NCBI GenBank assembly: GCA_965228855.1
Contig: CBDDIJ010000003.1
Location: forward strand, 3,264,001-3,328,000
DNA from: Candidatus Obscuribacterales bacterium
GTDB taxonomy: Bacteria; Cyanobacteriota; Vampirovibrionia; Obscuribacterales; Obscuribacteraceae
Length of the DNA stretch: 64,000 nt
Direction: 5' to 3'
Shown here piece by piece: positions 30,218-38,577 of this stretch (positions are counted from its first letter, which is position 1; every line of letters starts with the position of its first letter). The position numbers and the translations under genes were made by a program. Below the pieces are notes generated by a model. It saw only the letters and a program-made list of their open reading frames with translations, ran no database searches and had not been told where the DNA came from.

Positions 30218-32296
30218 ATGACCGAAGCCGACTTCTCCCACTGCAAAATTGCTATTGTTGACAGCGACAATCTATTCTGTCAGCAGCTTCAGGCTTGCTT
30301 GCGGGATGCCGATTTCCAGGTAGAGTACGAGCGTAATGCGGTTTCCGGTCTTAAGAAGATCAAAAGTTGGAAGCCGCATATTGTAGTCTCAGACTACGTT
30401 GTTCACGGCATGGACTACTTCGACTTCGCTCAACAGGTCGAGGCACTACCGTTCAAAACACATTTGATTGTCGTCAGCAGTCACTACCTTGACGGTCCGC
30501 TTATCTCGCAACTGGCGAACATTTCGAGAGTCGCGTTAACTGTGCAGAAACCGATTAAGCCTCAAGATCTACTCAACAAAATTATCGATTTAATCCCCCA
30601 GGTAGACTTCAGCGAGCAAACTGAGCCGCCTGAACCAATTGATACAGAGTCCGACTACAGTCTGAACGATAAAGATTTACAGCAGGAAATCTCCAGACTC
30701 CAGTTCGAAGCTAAAGAGTTGCCCAGGTTCGTGGCGAGCATGAAGGCTCTCACATCACTGGCACGCCAGCAACCACATAAATCCCAATACCTCCGCGAAG
30801 CGCTGGAGCAGAGCAAGAAAACGTTCGAGGAGGTTCGCCGCCAGCGGCTTCCCCATCTTGAAGAACCCATCGAACAAGTTACAAACTTGCTTGCAGAAAT
30901 TATAGATAGAGGTAGCCTTCCCAGTCTTAGGGCCTGGGATCAGGTTATGTCTGAGCTAGACGCGCTGTCTGAGCAGAAGAATCGAATTGGGACCTCAACG
31001 TTGCCTGACTTTGATTCAGAGGAGACAGAAGAATTACATTCGATGTCGGACATCCAGAGTATACTGCCACTTCCAACGAATATGATTCAAACTTTTCGCC
31101 CAAAGCCACGGCTTCCCACTCTCCCGAATAACCAAACATTTTTGGTTGTGGGCAATGATCCCGGCGAAGAACTTCTCAATCTCGGCAGCCGATACGGCGT
31201 TTCAATTACACTCAGAGAACAGTTGGAACAAGCGCGAGAAGCATGTCAGTCAGCAAAGTTTGATCTCGTATTGCTTTTGTTGCCTCCGAATCTATCCGGA
31301 GAGAGAGCGAGAGAAACTGTCGTTTCTATGCACGAAACTCTGCGCGGAATTGATACATACAACGAAACACCGCTGGTTGTGCTCTCAGACCTGGAATCAA
31401 TGCACACTAGAATCGTGACGGCACATCTGAACAATTCTCACTGGTTAAGTTGGGCCGAGCTGCGCCGAGATGAAACTGTGTTCTTGACCTTAAAGTCCAT
31501 TGCCGCCCGGACTGGAACTCGTCCATCGGTTCTTATAGTCGACTCCGACATATCCGACTCCGAAGAGCTTTTGAGAGAGCTGTCACGGAAATGCAGCAAG
31601 GTCGACACTGTACGCGAGCCAGATACAGTCATCAAAGTCATTCAGGACTGCCGACCAGACGTGATTTTAGTGAGCGAACGAATCGGTGATTTGAGCGGTC
31701 TCGATTTATGCCGCGCGATTAACAGTTGTATCTCTTTTGAATCCATAACTCTAATCCTTGAGGTAACCTCGACCGACGCCGGAACGCTGAAAGGGGCATC
31801 CCGAGCCGGGATCGATGGCATCATCTACAGGTCGGACAGCAAGGATTTAAGCGCCGAGCTAATGCTCAAAATCTGGCGAAGATGTTCCACGCTGCGGAAG
31901 TCTGGTGAAGTATTAAGAAAACCGTCGCTAGAGGTTTCAGCAGATATAAGAGCTTCCATTGAGCAGGATCTGAAAAGATCAACCGATGAACAGCTACCGT
32001 TGACAGTCGGTGTAATTGATATCAGTGATAACGAATTGACTGGTGAAGATGTCGCGCGCAGGTTGCAGTCGAGCCTGAACGAGCAGACTGTTAGCACCGT
32101 TCACCATCTTGGGCCGACAAAGTTGCTTATATCAGTCATCGGCTTGCGCAAATCGGCAGTTAGCAAAATTCTTCAGGACATGCTTGAAGCAACTCACCAA
32201 AACACGCTTGGACAACGGACCAACGCCTTTGTGTTTCTATGTCGATCTTATCCCGACGATGCTTTGAGCCTGTCAGATCTTCTGGCATCTTTCTAA
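30218..32296 (+). CDS. Multi-domain response regulator-like protein (REC, helical region, two pseudo-REC, degenerate GGDEF-like)
   Basis: N-terminal REC with VVSD and KP; later REC-like segments lack the phosphoacceptor Asp; C-terminal PLTVGVIDI..LGPTKL. Confidence 0.7.
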   Translation: MTEADFSHCKIAIVDSDNLFCQQLQACLRDADFQVEYERNAVSGLKKIKSWKPHIVVSDYVVHGMDYFDFAQQVEALPFKTHLIVVSSHYLDGPLISQLANISRVALTVQKPIKPQDLLNKIIDLIPQVDFSEQTEPPEPIDTESDYSLNDKDLQQEISRLQFEAKELPRFVASMKALTSLARQQPHKSQYLREALEQSKKTFEEVRRQRLPHLEEPIEQVTNLLAEIIDRGSLPSLRAWDQVMSELDALSEQKNRIGTSTLPDFDSEETEELHSMSDIQSILPLPTNMIQTFRPKPRLPTLPNNQTFLVVGNDPGEELLNLGSRYGVSITLREQLEQAREACQSAKFDLVLLLLPPNLSGERARETVVSMHETLRGIDTYNETPLVVLSDLESMHTRIVTAHLNNSHWLSWAELRRDETVFLTLKSIAARTGTRPSVLIVDSDISDSEELLRELSRKCSKVDTVREPDTVIKVIQDCRPDVILVSERIGDLSGLDLCRAINSCISFESITLILEVTSTDAGTLKGASRAGIDGIIYRSDSKDLSAELMLKIWRRCSTLRKSGEVLRKPSLEVSADIRASIEQDLKRSTDEQLPLTVGVIDISDNELTGEDVARRLQSSLNEQTVSTVHHLGPTKLLISVIGLRKSAVSKILQDMLEATHQNTLGQRTNAFVFLCRSYPDDALSLSDLLASF

Positions 32297-32385
32297 AAAA
32301 ATAGACTCAATCGACACGCGAATCCAGCACAAAGGCGCTTGGACACAGGCTCGGCAATTACCTGTGCGGGTGATCGATCGCTCAC

Positions 32386-33579
32386 ATGGTATCGAAACGA
32401 GTTCCCTCACAAGAGCGATTAAAAAAACGCTCGGAAGGTCGATGTGGTATGCAGTCCAATCAGCTAGATTTGAAGTCGCGGGTCTTGATGCGCCTACAAA
32501 ACCACAGGTATCTTCTCATGTCAGAAAGACGAGAACTAATTTTCGCTTCCAGCAGAGCGAGCGCAAAGCACTGTTTATGGAATAGAGCAGGCAGAGATAT
32601 AGGCAATATGATCACAGGCACGAGCAACAGAAAGATTATCAAAGCTGAAGAGTTTTCGAGTAGTGAGGCCGAACAGGACATTAGTCTCGATGAGCTTTGG
32701 GGCGAACTCGCCCTTTTGGCTCGCGAAGAAACGAGACCAGCTGTCCTCTATCTCAAGCAATTGCTCTCCAAGTTAGAAGGACGGAGAGTAATTCGATCTA
32801 CTTTCAACAAAATGCTTTTGAAAGCACGGATCGAGCTAAAACTGGATAAAAAACATACCGAGAATTTGCGCATTCGAGCGACAAATGCACTACATCTTAG
32901 CGGATCAGAGCTACAGATAGGAAAGGATTTCTGCTTCGAAGCGAGCCTCGTGGATGACGGAATCGTCCTCACTGGAGTGACTGGACTCTCGGTACAGATC
33001 TCAGTGTTAAAGGGAACATTTCGTTGTGACGTGCTACAAGCAAGAGTCCAGGTGCGTGATGGAAAATGCCGCTTGCGGCTGAAGACGCGCAACCCACTGA
33101 TTGGTCAAACAGATGATGATTTTTCACTCGTGGACCTGGATACTGACGTCTATTGCGACCCAGAGAAGGCTGAAGTTGAAAACTTGCAGGCCCAATCAAC
33201 TGACAAAAAGCAAAAGGCTAAACGTTTACGCACCACATACACTAATTTGAGAGCGTTTGGTGTAAGCGATAAACTGATTGATACTATTGTACCGCCCCCT
33301 GCAAGCACCGATGGCACGAGTTTCACTGGAGGTTTGCGTCTCGAATATTTGAAGAATTTGTGTTCGCTGTACGCAGTTTCACTGGTGTTAGTTTCCTGTT
33401 ACCTTTTCCTGATGAATCATGTGCCGCAGGTCGTTCCAGTCGTCATGATACTGTCTGCAGTATCACTGCTGACAATCGGATTCGACACGCAATGGAACCT
33501 TAAATTGCTCCTGAAGGTCATAGCACTGAATGCAGTGTCAATGATTGTCGTGACGATTCAACTTTACCTTATCTCCTAA
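32386..33579 (+). CDS. Hypothetical protein with C-terminal TM helices; start uncertain, possibly ATG 32608
   Basis: Long ORF with three hydrophobic C-terminal segments. Confidence 0.6.
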   Translation: MVSKRVPSQERLKKRSEGRCGMQSNQLDLKSRVLMRLQNHRYLLMSERRELIFASSRASAKHCLWNRAGRDIGNMITGTSNRKIIKAEEFSSSEAEQDISLDELWGELALLAREETRPAVLYLKQLLSKLEGRRVIRSTFNKMLLKARIELKLDKKHTENLRIRATNALHLSGSELQIGKDFCFEASLVDDGIVLTGVTGLSVQISVLKGTFRCDVLQARVQVRDGKCRLRLKTRNPLIGQTDDDFSLVDLDTDVYCDPEKAEVENLQAQSTDKKQKAKRLRTTYTNLRAFGVSDKLIDTIVPPPASTDGTSFTGGLRLEYLKNLCSLYAVSLVLVSCYLFLMNHVPQVVPVVMILSAVSLLTIGFDTQWNLKLLLKVIALNAVSMIVVTIQLYLIS

Positions 33580-33634
33580 AACTGCTTCAGGAGCGAATTG
33601 CTGTCAGGGATGGCGCATCACGGGAATTTAACTG

Positions 33635-34090
33635 ATGAAGACTTTGACAAATCGAAATAATAGAGGAAGTGTGCTGTCCGAGTCGGTAGTGTCAGTAGCA
33701 CTGATGGTACCGCTCACGGTGATAACTATTCTGGTAGCTCTGGAAGCGAGCAGAGCCTTTGTGATCTCCGAGGGCATGACGCAGGCAGCGGTTCTCGCCT
33801 GCCGGGCAATCGCCTATGAATATAAGACCAACAAATCGATCGTTACTGATCCCGAAGCGCAGCAGTCAATCTTCAGCAACATCAGAATTATCAACATGGT
33901 CCACAGCAACTCGCAATTCAAAATTGCGGGCTGGAATCTCACACAAGATCCAAAGACGGTGACAGTGCAGACAACGTACCTACCAGGCGAGGGAACGCCT
34001 CCGCTACCCGCTTTTCCAAGCACGGGAACTCTCAACTTGGGCAGCGCGTTTCGTATCTCTCAAACAGTCAATTACAGGCTCAGCGAGTAG
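33635..34090 (+). CDS. TadE-like pseudopilin
   Basis: NRG/SVLSE prepilin-like site, hydrophobic helix, and AA..ACRAIA. Confidence 0.75.
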   Translation: MKTLTNRNNRGSVLSESVVSVALMVPLTVITILVALEASRAFVISEGMTQAAVLACRAIAYEYKTNKSIVTDPEAQQSIFSNIRIINMVHSNSQFKIAGWNLTQDPKTVTVQTTYLPGEGTPPLPAFPSTGTLNLGSAFRISQTVNYRLSE

Positions 34091-34130
34091 CTCAGACGCA
34101 AAGGAGCGCCGACGTTAGAGACAGGAGTGC

Positions 34131-34604
34131 GTGATGGCAGATAGATTACGAGTTAGCAAACCGCATCGAAGATCGACCTCGGGCTTCGCGATACCAGAAC
34201 TTGCCGCCGCTCTTATGTTGCTATTGCCCCTCACGATCGCAATCTGTTTTGTCGCGGCGGAAGCAATGCAGTTTTGCATGATAAAAAGCGTTCTCAACCG
34301 GGGGGCTGCAGTAGCCGCCCGCCGCCTCGCGATAGCTTATGGAACAAATGCCGCCGGTGCAATAGCAAATCCGCAAGATTCATTCTCGAACTGCAGAGTA
34401 GCTAACATAATCGTCGACAATCAGCAGTTTAACGTACCTCCCGGAACGGCCGGATGGAACCTATACAGCAAACCTCCCACTGTCACCGTAGAAGTTACTT
34501 TCGCCAGCGGTCAGTACGGTCTGCCCACATTTCCAAATCCGGATCCACTCGGACTGGGAAGGAATTTCTCCATGACATCGAGCGCCAAAGCAAATTTAGA
34601 GTAG
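34131..34604 (+). CDS. TadE-like pseudopilin (paralog of 33635-34090)
   Basis: SG/FAIPE site, hydrophobic helix, AAVAARRLA; shares GWNL..P.TVTV and LP.FP..G.L.LG..F with the upstream gene. Confidence 0.75.
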   Translation: MMADRLRVSKPHRRSTSGFAIPELAAALMLLLPLTIAICFVAAEAMQFCMIKSVLNRGAAVAARRLAIAYGTNAAGAIANPQDSFSNCRVANIIVDNQQFNVPPGTAGWNLYSKPPTVTVEVTFASGQYGLPTFPNPDPLGLGRNFSMTSSAKANLE

Positions 34605-34619
34605 TACAGGTGAATTGAC

Positions 34620-35666
34620 ATGAACAAAATTGTCGAGGTTATGTGCCGAAAGAGGACGCCCCAACGCAACAGCAAAGGATTGGTGTCAACGGTGTTCTGC
34701 TGCTTGATCGTCCTGATCACGATGATGCTTTCCTGCCTCGCAGTTGACATTGCTCATTGCGTGCATGTCCAGGCGAAGCTTCAGGCTGCCACCGATGCCG
34801 GTGCGCTGGCCGGTATTGTAGAGATAGTGAAAAAGGAGCCGACTGACGCGGACCGGGCAAGAGCATACAACTATGCATTGTCGGTCACCGGAAACAATGA
34901 AGCAGACAATATTTTCTTCCGCAATGATAATCCTGATACCACTGTCGAGGTCCACGTCAACACAGAGACCGAGCCGAAAACAGTCACCGTAGTCGCGTCA
35001 CGCCGGGTAAACTCGATATTTGCAGGTCTTCTCTCTTTCGGAAGAGATGGAGTCATCGGAATGAACATTCGTCCAGATGCACTGTTCGTTCAAAGTGCTT
35101 TCGCGAGCGATGCGCATGCATCCAGCAACTGGCTTGGTGCAAAATCAACCGCGGCCCCATTCCTGATCGACGCAGTCTATCCTTATCAAATCATCGGGAT
35201 GATACCGTCCATCGACGTAGTGCCGACCGGTGGACCCGCGGAAGGACAGAAGATTGCGGATGTGCTCAACAGCAACAAATCGTTTACTCTATGCTGGAAT
35301 CCGCAACAGAGTAAAAATGTTGGCTGGGTCAAGGATTGGTTGAGAGACAATACAACTCAGGTAAGAATCGGTGAAATCATGAGGCTGCAAAATGGTGTCG
35401 TAGAGAGCACGCTTTCTCAGATCCATTCAGGAGACGTCATCGGAATTCCGGTAACAGAAGGTGATGTGCCGTTGAATGAGGACAGACCGATACTCGGTAT
35501 CATAACCGTCGACGTCCTATCCACTAACAGCAACAGCATGACAGTGAAAATGCACGAGCCTATTCTGTTTCACGGTGTAAAAGGCTCGCCGAACGTTTCC
35601 ACATCGGCACAGAATCAAGCGTTTCTGCAGCGCTGGCAGCCGTGGACTGTTCAACTCATTGAATAG
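34620..35666 (+). CDS. TadG-like Flp pilus assembly protein (Tad domain)
   Basis: LAVDIAH...LQAATDAGALAG Tad-domain signature. Confidence 0.8.
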   Translation: MNKIVEVMCRKRTPQRNSKGLVSTVFCCLIVLITMMLSCLAVDIAHCVHVQAKLQAATDAGALAGIVEIVKKEPTDADRARAYNYALSVTGNNEADNIFFRNDNPDTTVEVHVNTETEPKTVTVVASRRVNSIFAGLLSFGRDGVIGMNIRPDALFVQSAFASDAHASSNWLGAKSTAAPFLIDAVYPYQIIGMIPSIDVVPTGGPAEGQKIADVLNSNKSFTLCWNPQQSKNVGWVKDWLRDNTTQVRIGEIMRLQNGVVESTLSQIHSGDVIGIPVTEGDVPLNEDRPILGIITVDVLSTNSNSMTVKMHEPILFHGVKGSPNVSTSAQNQAFLQRWQPWTVQLIE

Positions 35667-35711
35667 CGTCTCCCAGCTAACTAATTCAACGTCTCTGGAG
35701 TTTGGTGCGCA

Positions 35712-36596
35712 ATGAATTTATTCGGAAAATTTCAGGGTCGTAATTGGATCGCGCCTGCGCTCTATATACTACTTGCGCTTTTCTTTGCAGCGCAGCTGGT
35801 GATAATCACCGCGTTAGGCACCTCCTTTACCGGACCAAAATCCTCGGCAACCTCGCAACAGGCGAGCCACACGAAGGCGACTAGTTTTAAGGTCGTGAAT
35901 AGCGGACTTAGTCAACCAAGTCTGAAAACCCGCAAACAAAGAGCCCTCCGCATTAAAAACAGATTCACCAGCTTGTCGCACTCGCCTGAAAACAACCAGA
36001 AATTTCCACTGCTCAAGAACCCGACATCATGGCCGCCGGCAGAGAATCGACTGTATCCGGATATGGAACTCTACAATCAAGACGGCAAATTATGCAGACT
36101 TTCAGATCTTGCCGGCAACGTGATTATTGTTCAACCTGTCGCGATGGGCTGTCCCTTGTCACAAGCGTACTCTGGGGCCAATCAACAAGGCAAGACAGCA
36201 TTCGGACTTTGTTTCCCCACGCTGGGCGTGAAGAGCTTTGGGGAGAAGATGCTGGAGTCGACCGGAATAGGCATGGAGAAACCCGATCTGGTATACGTTC
36301 AGATTCTGCTGTTCAACATGCAAAACAAGCCGCCAGTCCGTGAGGATGCCAGACGTTGGGCACGACATTTCGACCTGAGGACCTCAAAAAATCAGTACGT
36401 GCTTGTCGCCACTCCTGAGATGTCCGAAAAAAGTAAATCACTCGTGCCTGGATTTCACTTGATTGACAGATCGTTCCATCTGAGATCAGACAGCGCGGGG
36501 TTATTACCGAAACGCTCTCTCTGCAGCCATTTCTTTCCAACCCTCCAGACACTCTTCCCGCGAGTTCTGGTATATAGAAACGAGAACTTGAATTAA
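35712..36596 (+). CDS. Membrane-anchored thioredoxin-fold (redoxin/SCO-like) protein
   Basis: YPDMELYNQDGK..LSDLAG..GCPLS (CxxS), PGFHLIDR; N-terminal TM helix. Confidence 0.6.
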   Translation: MNLFGKFQGRNWIAPALYILLALFFAAQLVIITALGTSFTGPKSSATSQQASHTKATSFKVVNSGLSQPSLKTRKQRALRIKNRFTSLSHSPENNQKFPLLKNPTSWPPAENRLYPDMELYNQDGKLCRLSDLAGNVIIVQPVAMGCPLSQAYSGANQQGKTAFGLCFPTLGVKSFGEKMLESTGIGMEKPDLVYVQILLFNMQNKPPVREDARRWARHFDLRTSKNQYVLVATPEMSEKSKSLVPGFHLIDRSFHLRSDSAGLLPKRSLCSHFFPTLQTLFPRVLVYRNENLN

Positions 36597-36662
36597 ATAT
36601 CTGGTACCACTTACGGTGCCTTAACATAACCAAAGAGAAACGTGCGAGTCTGTTCGGTCTCC

Positions 36663-36685
36663 AATATTCAGTTTGTTTGAATATT
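36663..36685. promoter_or_regulatory. Perfect inverted repeat AATATTCA-N7-TGAATATT upstream of the CorA-like gene
   Basis: 8-bp arms read directly from sequence; function unknown. Confidence 0.4.
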
Positions 36686-36770
36686 CTCTTAAAGCGCTCT
36701 TAAACTCGCTTCAGCGATAATGGGTTTGAATAAAGCAGAGAAAACAAAGTGAAAAGAAGAGACACTAAAT

Positions 36771-37598
36771 ATGAAAACAATAGTGCCGGAGAACTGGAAG
36801 GTCCCTCTTAAGATTCGCAGTCGATTCGGCGAAACCGCCGGCAAGCAAAGGATCATGACTGCTGACGGACACTTGGTTATTGTTTTGCACGAACCGCCCG
36901 GACCAGACGATGTTGATCGGAGGGCTCGAATTTTATGGCGCGACACCAGTGGTCGTTGGGCATGGAATTGCAGCGGCGATACCATGCACTTACTGAAAAA
37001 GCATATCGCTGACTTCACTCAACACGCCGAACAGCTGGAAAGAAAACTGCAGGTGGCCGCCTGCGCGTCTGATTACTTTTGCATGCTCCAGGCGATCGCG
37101 CCTTTGCATCGCACCTCACGAAACTTGCATGCGACGCTTCAGCAGGCTCGCGAAGCAGTTCCCGATGACCCCGAACTAATTGTCGCACGCGACTCGGCAA
37201 GCGATCTGGAGAGAACGTTTGAACTTCTGCACACTGATGCGAAAAACGGTCTCGATTTTATGGTGGCACAACGAGCGGAGCAGCAATCCCAACGAACATA
37301 CGAGATGGCCGTTTCATCGCATCGACTAAACATACTTGCAGCCGTCTTCTTTCCGATCACAGCAATGAGCAGTGTGCTCGGAATGAACGTTGTTTCCGGT
37401 CTTGAATTCTTACCTGCAAGCACGACATTCTGGGCTGTTCTTCTAATCGGTTTCGGCTCCGGATTGCTCCTCGCCAGAGTAATTTCTGATAAACCGACTA
37501 CAGAGCAAACTGCAACATCGCCTAAAACGAAAACAACAAAGACTTCAGCGATTTATTCCAAAACATCCTCTGGGAAATTGCAAAAGACCGCTCGCTAA
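36771..37598 (+). CDS. CorA-like divalent cation transporter (short form)
   Basis: RLNILAAVFFPITAMSSVLGMN (GMN motif) followed by a second TM helix, preceded by long helices. Confidence 0.75.
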   Translation: MKTIVPENWKVPLKIRSRFGETAGKQRIMTADGHLVIVLHEPPGPDDVDRRARILWRDTSGRWAWNCSGDTMHLLKKHIADFTQHAEQLERKLQVAACASDYFCMLQAIAPLHRTSRNLHATLQQAREAVPDDPELIVARDSASDLERTFELLHTDAKNGLDFMVAQRAEQQSQRTYEMAVSSHRLNILAAVFFPITAMSSVLGMNVVSGLEFLPASTTFWAVLLIGFGSGLLLARVISDKPTTEQTATSPKTKTTKTSAIYSKTSSGKLQKTAR

Positions 37599-37651
37599 AT
37601 CATACTGACGGTGCGCCAGCGACTTCGCCGGCCGGCGCAACCCTCACGAGT

Positions 37652-38449
37652 ATGGTAATTGTCATGAATGCATACGTCTTCGGTCTATTGTCTGTAGTTT
37701 CCGCCACGCTGCTGGCCGTTGGTGGCATGCTCCTCGTGCGCAAACGAGTCGGGGTTGATGCGCTCTCGTCATATCACGAAGTGGCGGGTTATCTGCTATC
37801 GGTAGTAGGGACTTTATATGCAGTATTGCTTGGTTTCGTTGTAGTCGATGCAATGGAACATACACAAGAATTAAGAGTGCTCGTCGACCAGGAAGCGAGC
37901 GGTTTGTGCAACATTTATTTGTGTTCCAACGGACTGCCCAGCACAAAGAAAGTAAAGATTCAGTCGCTCTGTAATCATTACGCGGACGCGGTTATCAATG
38001 ATGAATGGCAGGCCATGCAGACGGGCAAGTATAGTGTCACGGCATTTAAAACGGTCTGGTCGATCTGGAAGGAAATTACAAGTTACGCTCCAGAAACCGA
38101 AAGCGAAAAGACTCTTCATCAACAACTCGTGAATGAAATTTGCACTATGACGCAGAATCGCCGCACCAGGATCGTCAGCGCCAGTCACGGAGTAAATCCG
38201 ATCATGTGGACGGTGCTGATTATCGGCGCGATTTTCACGGTTATGTTCACTTATTTTTTTGGAGTGCGAAATCTCAGAGCGCAAATTATCATGACCGTTC
38301 TGGTCGCAATGACGCTCGCGCTCAACGTGCTTTTGGTATTTATTTTCGGAAATCCGTTTTCAGGCGAGTTCGCAATTCAGCCGGATTCATTCAAACTGGA
38401 TCGCATGATTTTCGAAAACTTCGACAAAGGTGTTCCGCCCACGCCATGA
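37652..38449 (+). CDS. DUF4239 family membrane protein
   Basis: GTLYAVLLGFVVV..EASGL..Y...VINDEW..M..NPFSG signature. Confidence 0.85.
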   Translation: MVIVMNAYVFGLLSVVSATLLAVGGMLLVRKRVGVDALSSYHEVAGYLLSVVGTLYAVLLGFVVVDAMEHTQELRVLVDQEASGLCNIYLCSNGLPSTKKVKIQSLCNHYADAVINDEWQAMQTGKYSVTAFKTVWSIWKEITSYAPETESEKTLHQQLVNEICTMTQNRRTRIVSASHGVNPIMWTVLIIGAIFTVMFTYFFGVRNLRAQIIMTVLVAMTLALNVLLVFIFGNPFSGEFAIQPDSFKLDRMIFENFDKGVPPTP

Positions 38450-38577
38450 CCGCGCACAAGTCCTACGATCTAGGTCAATGACGGTGGTGCTTTTATCAAA
38501 AAGAACAGAGCACGATCTTTACGAAAATTCAGGAGACAACGTTGGTGACCAGAATCAGTCGATGAGAGGTTTTAGTT

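Noticed and set aside
38450..38577. FNR/DNR-like box upstream of norB (ACGAT-N4-GTCAA)
   Set aside because: Three mismatches to TTGAT-N4-ATCAA; not distinguishable from background.
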